Shown here: positions 25,136 through 38,824 of the stretch, piece after piece
Numbering within the stretch: position 1 is the first letter of the stretch
Layout: every line of letters starts with the position of its first letter
Assembly: GCF_009914755.1 (NCBI RefSeq)
Contig: NC_060937.1
DNA from: the human T2T-CHM13v2.0 reference genome, Homo sapiens
Strand: one strand, 5' to 3'
Length of the DNA: 64,000 nt
Notes under the pieces: model-generated
The model's database searches: none
What the model saw: only the letters and a program-made list of their open reading frames with translations
What the model was told of the DNA's origin: nothing
Position numbers and translations under genes: made by a program

Positions 25136-26899
25136 TTTTTTAAAAAATATAATTCTGTTCCAATAGAAAGATTTTATAGTTTATAATAGAGACAGATAAT
25201 TCAATGATATAAACAACATTTTGACTAAAATCATCATGAAAATTTCAGATAATGGTAGTTCTTTACTGTTAATGTACAGTTATACTGTAAATACTGAAAA
25301 AAATTAGAGTAGTATCTATTAAAGGCTGACACATTTGTATAACTACCTATGATACATTTTTCATAGGTAGTTACATATATATGCATAAAGAATTTGAAAA
25401 TTCTTTTTGGTTTATTGCATAAAATATCTTCTAAGGGAAAATAGTAGAAATTTGTTGACTGACTTGAAATTAATTAAATTTGCAGATTAACCATTATACT
25501 TCACAGTCTGTAAAACCTATGGATTTCCAGAGTGTGATGTACATGCTGAGCTGGTGGTAACAGTCAACTCTACACACACATTTCTACTTGTTGAGTTGAA
25601 TGTTTACTAAGAGTCTATCTTGTTGGTTCGCAAATGACTTCATATAATTGAATATGCTATGGCATTTTATAAATTAATTAAATATTATGTACATCTAAGA
25701 TTTGCAGTGAAGGTGATAAGAATACAAGGAAGCCACTGAAAATAATTTCAAATTCAATATGGATACAGTAACTGTAAATGAGAAAATGCCTTATAAATAC
25801 TTTAACAATTGTGTTATAAGAATAAAAAATACATTTAAATTGTAGATCTAACTTTTGTTTTTTGTTTTGATCTAGCTTTTGAAAAAAACAAACTGAGAAA
25901 TCATTTGTGGGGTAAAAAAGATATGGACAGCAATAAGTACTTACCTCTATATTGAATGATAGGTAAGTGAAAATACATTAAAGTAGTATAAGTTTAAATT
26001 GTAAAGAAATTGTTAAAAATTCTTGCCTTGCTTAAACAAAAGTTAAATTTAGAGACATGCTTGAAATACTCCATTACTTATATATTCTCTTATTTATTTA
26101 CCTGCTCACTCATTTAATAAATGTTTACTATTTATCTATTACATTACATTTTCAATATTAGAAAAATTGTATTAGCATAGCCAACATTTGTGTGAAACAC
26201 ATAATTTAATTTAGAAAATATTAAATAATATAAAAACGAGTCACATTAAGGTTTTATAAAAATAACACAGAGTAATCAGTGAGAATATAATGAATGATGA
26301 AATTAACATTATGGGGTTAAAATGGTCTTTGTTAAATATTATTACATTTGAAACCAAAGAATAACTGGGTTAGACAATACAATGATAAAGGAAAGTAGCT
26401 GAGAAAATAACAGAAGGAAAGGCTCTGATTAGGGAGAGAACTTGGATCCTTTGTGAAACTGGAAGCAGACCTTTGTGTGAGGAGTAGTGCTAAGATGAAG
26501 ACTGGAGGAGCACTATCTACAGAGCAGCGCCTGCGGTGGCCAATGGGAGACCATTGAGATGGAGCCTGCCATAGGAGTGAAACGGTAAATGGAGTGAGCA
26601 GTGCATATGGAAATAAATGGAAGAACACTGTAGATGAAATAGCTTGTGGTGAAGAATGGAAGCGCACTATGTGTGAGGCTTTGGTGAAGATTGGAAGAGC
26701 ATTGTGAATAGGTCATGCTCCTTCTTGTTAAAAATAATAAATTCACTTACACGGAGCTTAAGAATTTCTATGCATTAAAACATACTAAATGAATGAAGCA
26801 GTATGCCAAAACTTATTAATACATAATTAGAGCAAATATTTGTAAACTTTTCAAAAACTGAGAGTCAGTATTAGGCAAACCAGTAGTCGTTTCTAGAAC

Positions 26900-27570
26900 G
26901 CTTTTAAAGTATCTCAAATCACTATTAAAAGCACAAGTGACCCAATAGAAAAAAAGGCAAAAAAAAAAAAAAAAAATACAGACACTTTACCAAGGAGAAA
27001 ATACACATGGCCAAGAAACACATTTTTAAAAATTCAGTTTTGTTAATAATCAGGAAAAAAAATGTTAATGGTGTACCTCAAGCACACATTAGAGGGACGA
27101 AAATTGCAATGACTTCATATACTAAACTGTTTTGGGGATAGAGCTACATCCTGAAATCCCTTGAACACTGCTAGTGAAAGTGTATTTGGAAAACAATTTT
27201 GCATTAGATAATAACAGCTGGTTATTCTCATTCAATGTAATACAGCTATTTCATTCTTAGACATATAACCTGAAAAGAGTCTCATAATTGTCCGTGAAGA
27301 GATAGTTACAATAATACTCATGGCAGCATTTCTTCTATTATAAAATGCTGTAAACGTTTATCACTTTAGATTGGAAAAAGGAATTGTGGTATAGTCATAA
27401 AGTAGAATAATTAAAGCAATGACAATTAATGAGTACTTCATACCGCAATACATACCACTGTGTTTTACACATATTCCACAATATATCAGTAGAAGTGACT
27501 ACAAACATTGTTGAGGAAAGGAAGAAAATCACAAAAGAAAGCTTACAGATGAACAATTTCCTAAATGGCA
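26900..27570 (+). mobile_element. L1ME ORF2-end/3' fragment (appears to resume at about 34780-34990)
   Basis: CCAATAGAAAAA..GGCAAA, ACAGACACTTTACCAAGGAGAAAATACACATGGCCAAGAAACACAT, TTGTGGTATAGTCATA. Confidence 0.7.
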
Positions 27571-28078
27571 TTTTGAGGAACCCCAACTAGGGACTCTCTT
27601 CCTGGCAAAATAACCATAGTTGGTGAAAATTAAACACACAAACTAATAGTGATCTATAGTCTCTGGAAACAGTAATATGGGTATACAACAAATGGAGAAA
27701 TATATATTCAAGAGTGTCTACTCACTCTCAGGAAGAACATAGCCACTCTCACTCTGCATGCCACCATCCCATCTCAGCATAAGAGAAGCTCCACTCTGGA
27801 CTGCTGTGTCCGTGGTCCATGTCTATAGTATCTTCCCAGGAGAGGCAGGCTGTCTGCATTTTTTATTCCCCGCCAGCGCTGAGAATGTAAGTATGTTTTT
27901 TATCTACGTAGCCCACACTGGTAGGTTGGAAGTTTCATCTCAGGCCTGGAAGATGGAACATACTGAGATGTTGATCACCCTTGCCCCAGCTTGCTTGCAT
28001 ACCAGGGTTCCATACAAGAAGAGACAAATTAGGAAACTAGAAGCCACCACCTATGCCTCTATCCAACAACAAGCTCTT

Positions 28079-29812
<1,734 letters not shown>

Positions 29813-31298
29813 AACAAGCTCTTAAAGCAGGAGTGTCACTCAAAGAGAAGCAGTGGACTGTCCTCACCCCCAGCTCTGGAGCAGTGAAGCACAAATTTAG
29901 CACAGGATGATGGGTGAGCTGTAAGAACAGAGCTCTGGAGCTCTCTCCAGAGTAAATAAATTTACTTGTTAAGCCATTGACATGAGACTGGTAGTTTCAA
30001 GAGAGCAAAAAGCTAAACTTTCTACCAGTTTATATGTATTGCAAAACGGCAGTTACTTTTGAACCAACCAAATTGGTGCAATGGAATTATACAGCCAAGA
30101 AGAACCTTCATATGGTTACAGCAAACTTCAAAGATTTGTCGCAGGAAGTACTCCTGAAAAGGAAACTTAATTTAATTTAATTGGATCATAACGTGTAGAT
30201 GTATGCCCTAAGACTTTGTCAAAAACAATAGAGAAATCAGCCAGCAATTGGTGAAGCCTAAGTTTGATGTGTTGCCATGAGAGGTCAACAAATTAACAGG
30301 GAAGTCAGAGAAAGAGACAAAGACAGCCCTGCTAAAACCACTGTCATCCTTGAGTGACTCACATACTCAAGATTATACCGTGGAAGGAATGAGATGAGAG
30401 AGAGAAAGGAACAGAAAAAAGAATTGAAAAAATAATGACTGAAAACTTTCAATATTTGAAAAAAAATCTTAATCTACACATCTAAGATTCTCAACAAACC
30501 CTTAGAAAGAGAAAAGAAAATAAATTCACACCCTGACACATCATAGTAAAATGCTGAGGGACAAAGATTTTCAAGAAAATCTTGAAAGCAGTAACTTCTT
30601 TTACTCATTAGGTACAAGGGAACTCTAATAAGATTAACAACTGACTTCTCAACAGAAAACATGGAGGCCAGGAGGGGTGATGACTTATCCAAAGTACTGA
30701 AAACAAAGGAACAGACAAAAAAGAGTCCAAAGGGACTTTTTGACCAAGCAAAATTTCATTCAAAAATGAACATGAAATAAAAACATTTCCAGATGAACAA
30801 AAACTCATAGATTTTATAGCTAGCAAGTAATACTCATAAGAAATACTAGAAAAAGTTCCTTGGGATTAAGAATAATTTACCTGAGAGAGTAATTCAAATG
30901 CATGTTAGAAATTAAGAGCACCGGTAATGCTAATTACAAAAATTTAACACCTGGTAAAAATGCATCTTAATTTTCCTGTCTTAACTGATTTAAAAAGCAA
31001 TTTTATATAACAATACATGTATAATTGCATTGTGGGGCCTATAGAATTAGAATATACTTAGCAATAACAGGACAAAGGATGTGAGTAGGAGAAAAATTAC
31101 ACTGAAGTAAAAATTAACACTAGATGGTAACTTGAATTCAGAAAAACAAGTGCAGGAAACCAGAAATGGTAAATTAGAAAGACAATATAAAAAATTCTGT
31201 TAATATGTACTCGCCTGCCTTATTTTTTCCTTCCACCTTCTTCAAAAGATATAATATTATCTAAAGCTATAGATATAACAGTATATTTTTGGATTTTC

Positions 31299-31314
31299 AT
31301 ATATATATATATAA

Positions 31315-31346
<32 letters not shown>
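31299..31346. repeat. (TA)n(TG)15 compound microsatellite
   Basis: Read directly from the sequence. Confidence 0.95.
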
Positions 31347-31350
<4 letters not shown>

Positions 31351-31485
31351 CATGAATAACAATAGGACAAATGAGAAAAAGGAAATTACACTATATAGAA
31401 CTAATGCTTCCATTTCTTGCTGGAGTTAAACCAGTATACACTAAAGTCAGTTCTGATAAGTTAACAATTATAAGCCCTAGAATAG

Positions 31486-31543
<58 letters not shown>

Positions 31544-31590
31544 ATATATATTATACATATATATAGTATTATAAATATATATATATACAA
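31486..31590. repeat. (TC)n(CA)15 followed by a TA-rich tract
   Basis: Read directly from the sequence. Confidence 0.95.
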
Positions 31591-33209
31591 TGGAAAAGTC
31601 ATTAAAGGAATCAAAATACCGTAGTAGAAAATACCTGCTTGATTCTCATGAAAGAAATGAAGGAAGGATATACAAGTAAACATAAGGAGAAATATAGGAA
31701 ATAAAATTTAAAATAGAAGACTAAATCGAACTATATCATTACTAACATTAAATTAGAATAAGTTAATACAATAAAAAAGCAAAGATAGTTAGACCAGGTT
31801 TTTTAAAGATCCATTCTATACTGTCTTCAGGAGATGCACTTGAGACTTAAAGGTACAAATAGGTTAAAGATATAAAGATTTAAAAAGATATAAAGATTTA
31901 AAAAGATATATCATGCAAAAGCAGCTATGAGAAAGTCAGAGTGGCTATATTAATACCAAATGAATACAACTTCAAAACAAAAAGTATTACTATAGATAAA
32001 GAGAAATAGTGACTGCAGGTTCGATCTATCAGAAAGTTACAGTAATTGTAATATACATACTCCTAATAACCCAAACATGTATAAAGCAAAAAGTGACAAA
32101 ATTGAAGATAGATATAGATAATGCAACAATGATTTTGTTTGAAACATCAATACCTCATGTTCACTAAAGGAAAGAACAAGTAGGCAGAAGATCAGTAAGG
32201 AAACAGAAGACTCGAACAACACTATAAACCAAGTGGACCTAACAGAAATCTCTGTAACACTCCATCCAAAAGGAATGAAATGTACATTCCTCTCATGTGC
32301 ACATGGGTCGTTCTGCAGTGTAGATCATATTGATAGGCCTTTAAGAAAGTCTAAATAAATATACCATACAAAGATTGCAATTATAAAAATGATGTCCTCT
32401 GAGAACAATAGAGGAAAATGAAATAACAGAAGGAAATTTGAAAAATAAAGAAATATGTGGAAATTAAGCAACACACTCCCCCATAACCAGTGAGTCAGAT
32501 ATGAAATCACAAAGTAAATTAGAAATTACTTTGATATGAATTAACATACCAAAACCTGCAGGGATTCATATAGTTCAATGCATATAGGGAAATTTATACC
32601 TTAACATCTATATTAAAAAAGAAGAAAGATTTCAAATCAGGAATCCAACCATCCACCTTAAGATACCAAAAAAAAATGAGCAAACTAAATTTTAAAAAGC
32701 AGAGAAAGAATATAACAAAGACTAAAGTGGAAAGCTATAAAGTGCAGAACAGAGAAACAACAGAGAGAATCATGAAACTAAAAAGTGGTTTATTAAAAGA
32801 TTCAAAAAATTAACAAACATTAACTAGACTGACCAAGAAAGAGTAAGAAAGTTCAAATCATTAAAATCGTAACTAAAAGAGAGCATATTATTATTAATCT
32901 TATAGAAATAAAAATAAAGGAATAGTATAAACAACTTATGCTAATAAAATATATAAGCTAGTTTAAATAAAATAACTCCTGAAAATACACAAGTTAATAA
33001 AACTGACTAGAAGCACTAAAAGTTTTGAAGAGACCTCTATCAATAAAATAGACTGAATCTGTAATTTCTTTGATGTCCCTCAAATAAAGCTCAGGGCCAC
33101 ATGGTTTCCTGAGGGAAACTGATGAATTCTCCAAGAACTAGCGTTACCATCTGGACCTACGTTTTCATTTCTCTTAACTAGTTATCCAATCTCAGATAAC
33201 AACAAAAAA

Positions 33210-34080
33210 CTGTTATGAATAACATTATTTATAATAGCCAAAAACTGTAAACAACCCAAATGCCTGCCATCTGATGATGGATAAACAAATCGTGGAGTAT
33301 CCATACAGTGGAATATTATTTGTTTGTAAAAAATGATGAAATGCTTATACATGCTACAACATGAATGAAATTTGGAAACATCATGGTAAGTGAAAAAAAA
33401 AAGCCACAAAACATCACATGTTGCCTGATATAATTTCTATAGAATTTCCTGAAGAGGCAGCTCTACAGGCAAGAAAAATTAATAATAATATGATACTGAT
33501 TGCGAGGCGATAGGGGGAAGAGAATTGGGTGAAAATGGTGAGTCACTGTTAGTGAATATGGATGTTTTCTTGGGAGGATATGAAAATGTTCTAAAATTGA
33601 TTGTGATCATGGCTGTACTACTCAATGAATATATTAAAAACAAAGGAATTTTACAATTTAAAGTATAAATTGTATTGTGATTGACTGAATTTTTCTATGT
33701 TCCCAAAGGTCAGATGTTGAAGTGGTCACTTCCAGTGTGGTTTTATTTGGAACTGGGACCTCTAAGAAAGCAATTAAGGTTAAATGAGGTTGCTCTGATC
33801 TGACAGTATTAGTGCATTTATAAGAAGAGAAATTAGGGAGCTATCCAGCCCCAATGAGAAAGAAGAGGTCACATAAGCACACAGCAAGAAGGCTGCTGTC
33901 TACACGTCTAGAGAAGAGGCCTCAGAAAGAAGCCAGCCTTGCCAGCAATTTGATCTTGGACATTTTAGCCTTGAGAACTGTGAAAATAAATTTCTGTTGT
34001 TTAAGTTACCCAATCTGTAGCATTTTGTTATGGCAGCTATAGCAGACAAGTGTGGTATACTAACTAAATAAAACTTATTT
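33210..34080 (+). mobile_element. L1MB 3' end, interrupted by an MLT1A LTR
   Basis: TTTATAATAGCCAAAAACTGTAAACAACCCAAATG, ATGAAAATGTTCTAAAATTGATTGTG. Confidence 0.85.
33676..34050 (+). mobile_element. MaLR LTR (MLT1A-like)
   Basis: ATTAAGGTTAAATGAGG, GAGAAGAGGCCTCAGAA, GAACTGTGAAAATAAATTTCTGTTGTTTAAG. Confidence 0.88.
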
Positions 34081-34084
34081 TTTA

Positions 34085-34745
34085 AAAAATGGACAAAGAA
34101 TTTGAATTGACACTTTTCCAAAAATGTTATACAATATGCAGTATGTACATGAAAAGAGAGTCAGTATCATTAGCCATCAGGTAAATACCAATGAAAACCA
34201 TGAGACACCACTCACATCCACTAGAAATTGCATATAATATTCCCACAAAAATTGTATATAAATTTGTACAGCAGCATTATTCATAGTAGCCAAAAAGTGA
34301 AAATAATTCAACTGTCCATCATTCAATGAATGGGTTAAAAAATTTAATGTGTCGATAAAATGGAATATAATTTGCCACAAAAAGTAATAAAATGCTAATA
34401 TATACAACATGGATGAATCTTGCAAAAATTATGTTAAGTGGAAGAAGCTAGACCCAAAAGGACGCATATAGTATAATCCTATTTATATGAAGTTTCCTAA
34501 ATGGGCAAACTCATAGAGACAGAAAGTAGATTCGTGGTTGTCGGTATCTAAGGAAAAGTGGGAATGAAAAATGATTGCTCATGGACATGGCATTTCTTTT
34601 TGACATAATAAAAATATTCTAAAATTAGAGGTGTTGATATCAACAATGCATATACTAAAATCCACTGAATTACAAATTTTAAAAGGGTGAATTTTATAAA
34701 TTATAAATTATATTTCAATAAAGATGTTATGAAAACTCAAAACAA
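34085..34745 (+). mobile_element. second L1MB 3' end (L1MB7-like)
   Basis: GCAGCATTATTCATAGTAGCCAAAAAGTG, CATAGAGACAGAAAGTAGATTCGTGGTTG, AAAAGGGTGAATTTTAT, AATAAA. Confidence 0.85.
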
Positions 34746-35140
34746 ATAATAAAAAAAGTATTTTCTATTGCTATGAAGTTTCAAAATAGTCAGTGGGGTA
34801 CACATAGGTGGTAGTAAAAGTAAAAAGAGAGCAAAGATATATTTGCCAGAAAGTTAGGAGAACGAATATTTTCAAGAACAAGGAAAGGGTGTATGATCAG
34901 GGAAGGACACAAAAGAGGCTTCTGTAGCAACCGTATTAAAATATCTACCTTTCTATCACATCTGGATGGCTAATCAGTATTCACTATTGCAGCTCTAATG
35001 AGAAATAATTTAGACTATAAAAACAACAGTATCATATAGTTATTGAGACCCCCAAAGTGACTCATCTGTCTGCTGAGTTTTTTCTTGCTGGTTGTCTTGT
35101 TTATTATTTATGTTAATAAATCAGATCTTCTACAGTGCAT

Positions 35141-35636
35141 TATATTGGCTATTCTCTGTTCCTACCCACTCCCCCATCTCATTTACTCTACCATGTGCCC
35201 TGACAGATTTTTTCCTTATGGAGAGTATATCCCCAGGCTTTCTGGCATAGTGGTTCCTGCTTATGTTTGGCCAATGGGAGTCATCCACAAGAGATCAGAG
35301 CATGGGAGGAGAGAAGACTTAGGATAATTACTCCTTTTGTTCCTTCTCTGCTGCTTCACAGTTTTTGCAGAAATTTTCTTTTGTCTACAGCTCTTGTCAG
35401 GTTGTCCTTCTTCCTAGGTTGCAGCTCTCAATAAAATTCTAACAGTTTCCTTTACCTGTCCATGGGACTGACATATGATATTGTCTTTCTGCTGTTATTA
35501 GTCAGTGGGTGCCTCAATATTGCTTGTTGGTTCCCTTAGTCTTGCTCACAGTTCTGTAAATAGTTTCTTTATTAAAAAATCTTAAAAAAAAACAGCTGAA
35601 TGTGGGTTGGCTTTTGCTTGGTCCTTAATTGCTATG
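35141..35636 (+). mobile_element. LTR33-like ERVL LTR
   Basis: GTTTGGCCAATGGGAG...GAGATCAGAG, GGTTCCCTTAGTCTTGCTCACAGTTCTGTAAATAGT..TTTATTAAA. Confidence 0.75.
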
Positions 35637-36032
35637 AGGTTAATCAAAACTTCCAAATGTCCATTCTGACCTTTATTAAATTTGACAGTTATTTCTACAC
35701 AATCAATGCAGAGGATTGAGAAATAATCCATGTGTCATGTAGTAAAATTATGCATTATAAATAATTCACATTCCCCAAGTGAAGTATTGCTATTCTTTTT
35801 TCTTTATATTAACAACACAACTGTGTAAATCTGTGCATTCTTTTAGTTTTGAAAAAATTTTATGCTTAAATGATAGTCATTATTTAGCTCCTATAGGACT
35901 GTTGCTACAATAGCTAAATCATGACCAGAGTCTCTGAAATCTGATGATAGTTCTTGGCCCCAAATGAGTCTCTGGAAAATGATAAATACAGTTTAAATAA
36001 AATTACTATCAGTCACAGATTTAACAACATCT

Positions 36033-38824
36033 ATTTTTCCATCTGTGTCATCTCTGATTTCTTTGAGCAGTGCTTTCGTGTTTTGTAGTTCTCCTTATAG
36101 AGATCTTTCACTTCCCTTGTTAGCTGTATTCCTACGTATTTTATTTTTGTGTGTGGCAATTGTTAATGAGATTGAATACCTGATTTGGCTCTTGGCTTGA
36201 CTCTTATTAGTATGTAGGAATGTTAGTGACCTTTGCACACTGATTTTGTATCCTGAGACTGAAGTTGCTAATCAGTGTAAAGAGCTTTTGGGCAGAGACT
36301 ATGTGGTTTTGTAAATATAGGATCATGTTGTCTGCAAACAGAGATAGTTTGACTTTCTCTCTTCCTATTCAGATGCCCTTTATTTCTTTCTCTTGTCTGA
36401 TTGCAGGGGAGAGGACTTCCAATACTATGTTGAATAGAAGTGATGAGAAAGGGCATTCCTGTCTTGTGCAAGTTTTCAAGGGGAATGCTTCCACCTTTTG
36501 CCCATTCAGTATAGTGTTGGCTGTGGGTTTATCATAGTGACTCTTATCATTTTGAGGTATATTTCTTCAAAACTTAGTTTATTGAGAGTTTTTAACATGA
36601 AGAGATGTTGAATGTCATCAAAAGCTTTTTCTGCATCTATTGAGGTCGATAATCGTGTGTTTTTTGTCTTTAGTTCTGTTTATGTGATGAATCACATTTA
36701 TTGATTTGCATATGTTGAACCAATCTTGAGTCTCAGGGATAAAGCCTACTTGATCATGGTGGATAAGCTTTTTGATGTGCTGCTGTATTCAGTTTGCCAG
36801 TATTTCGTTGAGGTTTTTTGCATCAATGTTCATAAAGGATATTGGCCTGAAGTTTTATGTTGTTGTGGTACCTCTGACAGGTTTTAGTTTCAGGATAATG
36901 CTGGCCTCATAGAATGAGTTACAGAAGAGTCCCTCCTCCTCCATTTTTTGGAATAGTTTCAGCAGGATTGATGCCAGCTCTTCTTTACATTCCATGCTCA
37001 TGGAGAGGAAGAATCAATACCATTAAAATGGCCATACTCCCCAACGAAATGTGTATAGACCATCCTGGCTAACACAGTGAAACCCTGTCTCTACTAAAAA
37101 TACAAAAAATTAGCCAGGCGCGGTGGTGGGCACCTGCAGTCCCAGCTACACGGGAGACTGAGGCAGGAGAATGGCGTGAATCCTGGGGGGCAGAGCCTGC
37201 AGTGAGCCCAGATCGTGCCTCTGCACTCCAGCCTGGGCGACAGCAAGACTCCGTCTCAAAAAAAAAAACAAAAAAAGCTACAATTGACATTCTTCACAGA
37301 ACTAGAAAAAAAATTCTAAAATTTATATGAAATCAGAAAAGAGACTGAATAGTCATGATGATACTAATCAGAAAGAACAAACCTGGAAGCATCATGTTAC
37401 CAGACTTCAAACTATACTATTGGGTTACAGTAACCAAAGCAGCATGGTAGTGGTACAAAAACAGACACATAGACCAATGGAACAAAACAGAGAACTCAGA
37501 AATAAGACCACACACCTACAACTATCTGATCTTTGACAAACCTGACAAAAAAAAGCAATGGGAAAAAGATTGTCTATTCACTAAATAGTGTTGGGACAAT
37601 TGGCTAGCCATATGCAGAAGACTAAAACTGGACCCTTTCCTCACACCATGTATAAAAATCAACTCAAGATGGATTAAATACCTAAATGTAAAACACAAAA
37701 CTATAAAAACCCTGAAAGACAACTTAGGCAATACTATTCTGGGCTAGGAATGGGCAAAGCTTTCATGATAAAGACACCAAAAGCAATTGCAACAAAAACA
37801 AAAATTGACAAATGGGATCTAATTAAAGAAAGTCTGTACAGCAAAGGAAACTATCAACAGAATGAACAGACAATCTACAGAATGGGAGAAAATTTTTGCA
37901 AACTATGCATCTGACAAAAGTAACACCCAGCATCTATAAAAAACTTTTAAAAATTACAAGAAAAAAAACAAGCAACCCGATTAAAAAGTGGGCAGAGAAC
38001 ATGAACAGACATTTTTCAAAAGAAGACATATTTGTGGCCAAGCATCATATGAAAAAAAGCTGAACATCGTTAATTATTAGAAAAATGCCAATCAAAATGA
38101 CAATGAGATACCATATCTCACCTGTCACAATGGCTAATACTAAAATGTAAAAAAAAAAACAAATGCTGGTGAGGTTGCAGTGAAAAAGAAATGCTTATAC
38201 ACTGTTGGTGGGAGTGTAATCAGTTCACCCATTGTGGAAAACAATGAGATTATTCCTCAAAGACCTAAATATAGACGTGCCATTCGATCCAGCAATTCCA
38301 TTGCTGAGTATATACTCAAAGGAATAGAAGTCATTCTATTATAAAGACACATGCACGTGTATGTTCTCTGCAGCACTATTCACAATAGCAAAGACACGGA
38401 ATCAACCTAAATGCCCAGCAATGGTACACTGGATAAAGAAAATATGGTATACATATACCATGGAATATTACGCAGGCACAAACAGAACAAGATCTTCTCC
38501 TTTGCAGGAACATGGATTGGGCTGGAGGCCATTATTCTTAGCAAACTAAAGCAGGGACAGAAAACCAAATACCACATGTTCTCACTTATAAGTGGGAGCT
38601 AAATGATGAGAACACGTGGAACCATAGAGGGGAACAATATGCAATGGGGCCTATTGGAGGATGGAGGTTGGGAGGAGGGAGAACATCAGGAAAAATAACT
38701 AATGAGTACTGGCCTTAACACCTGGGTGACAAAAGAATCTGTACAACAAACCCCCATGACACAAATTTACCTATATAACAAACCTGCACATGTACTCCTG
38801 AACTTAAAATGACAGTTAAAAAAA
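36033..38824 (+). mobile_element. L1PA11-13-like element with 5' inversion
   Basis: Inverted ORF2 segment 36033-36990, forward segment 36987-38824; 3'UTR AACAAACCCCCATGACAC...CTGAACTTAAAAT. Confidence 0.93.
37057..37276 (+). mobile_element. 5'-truncated AluY (Ye-like) inside the L1
   Basis: Begins at AGACCATCCTGGCTAACAC; GGGGGGCAGAGCCTGCAG and GACAGCAAGAC variants; no TSD. Confidence 0.92.
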
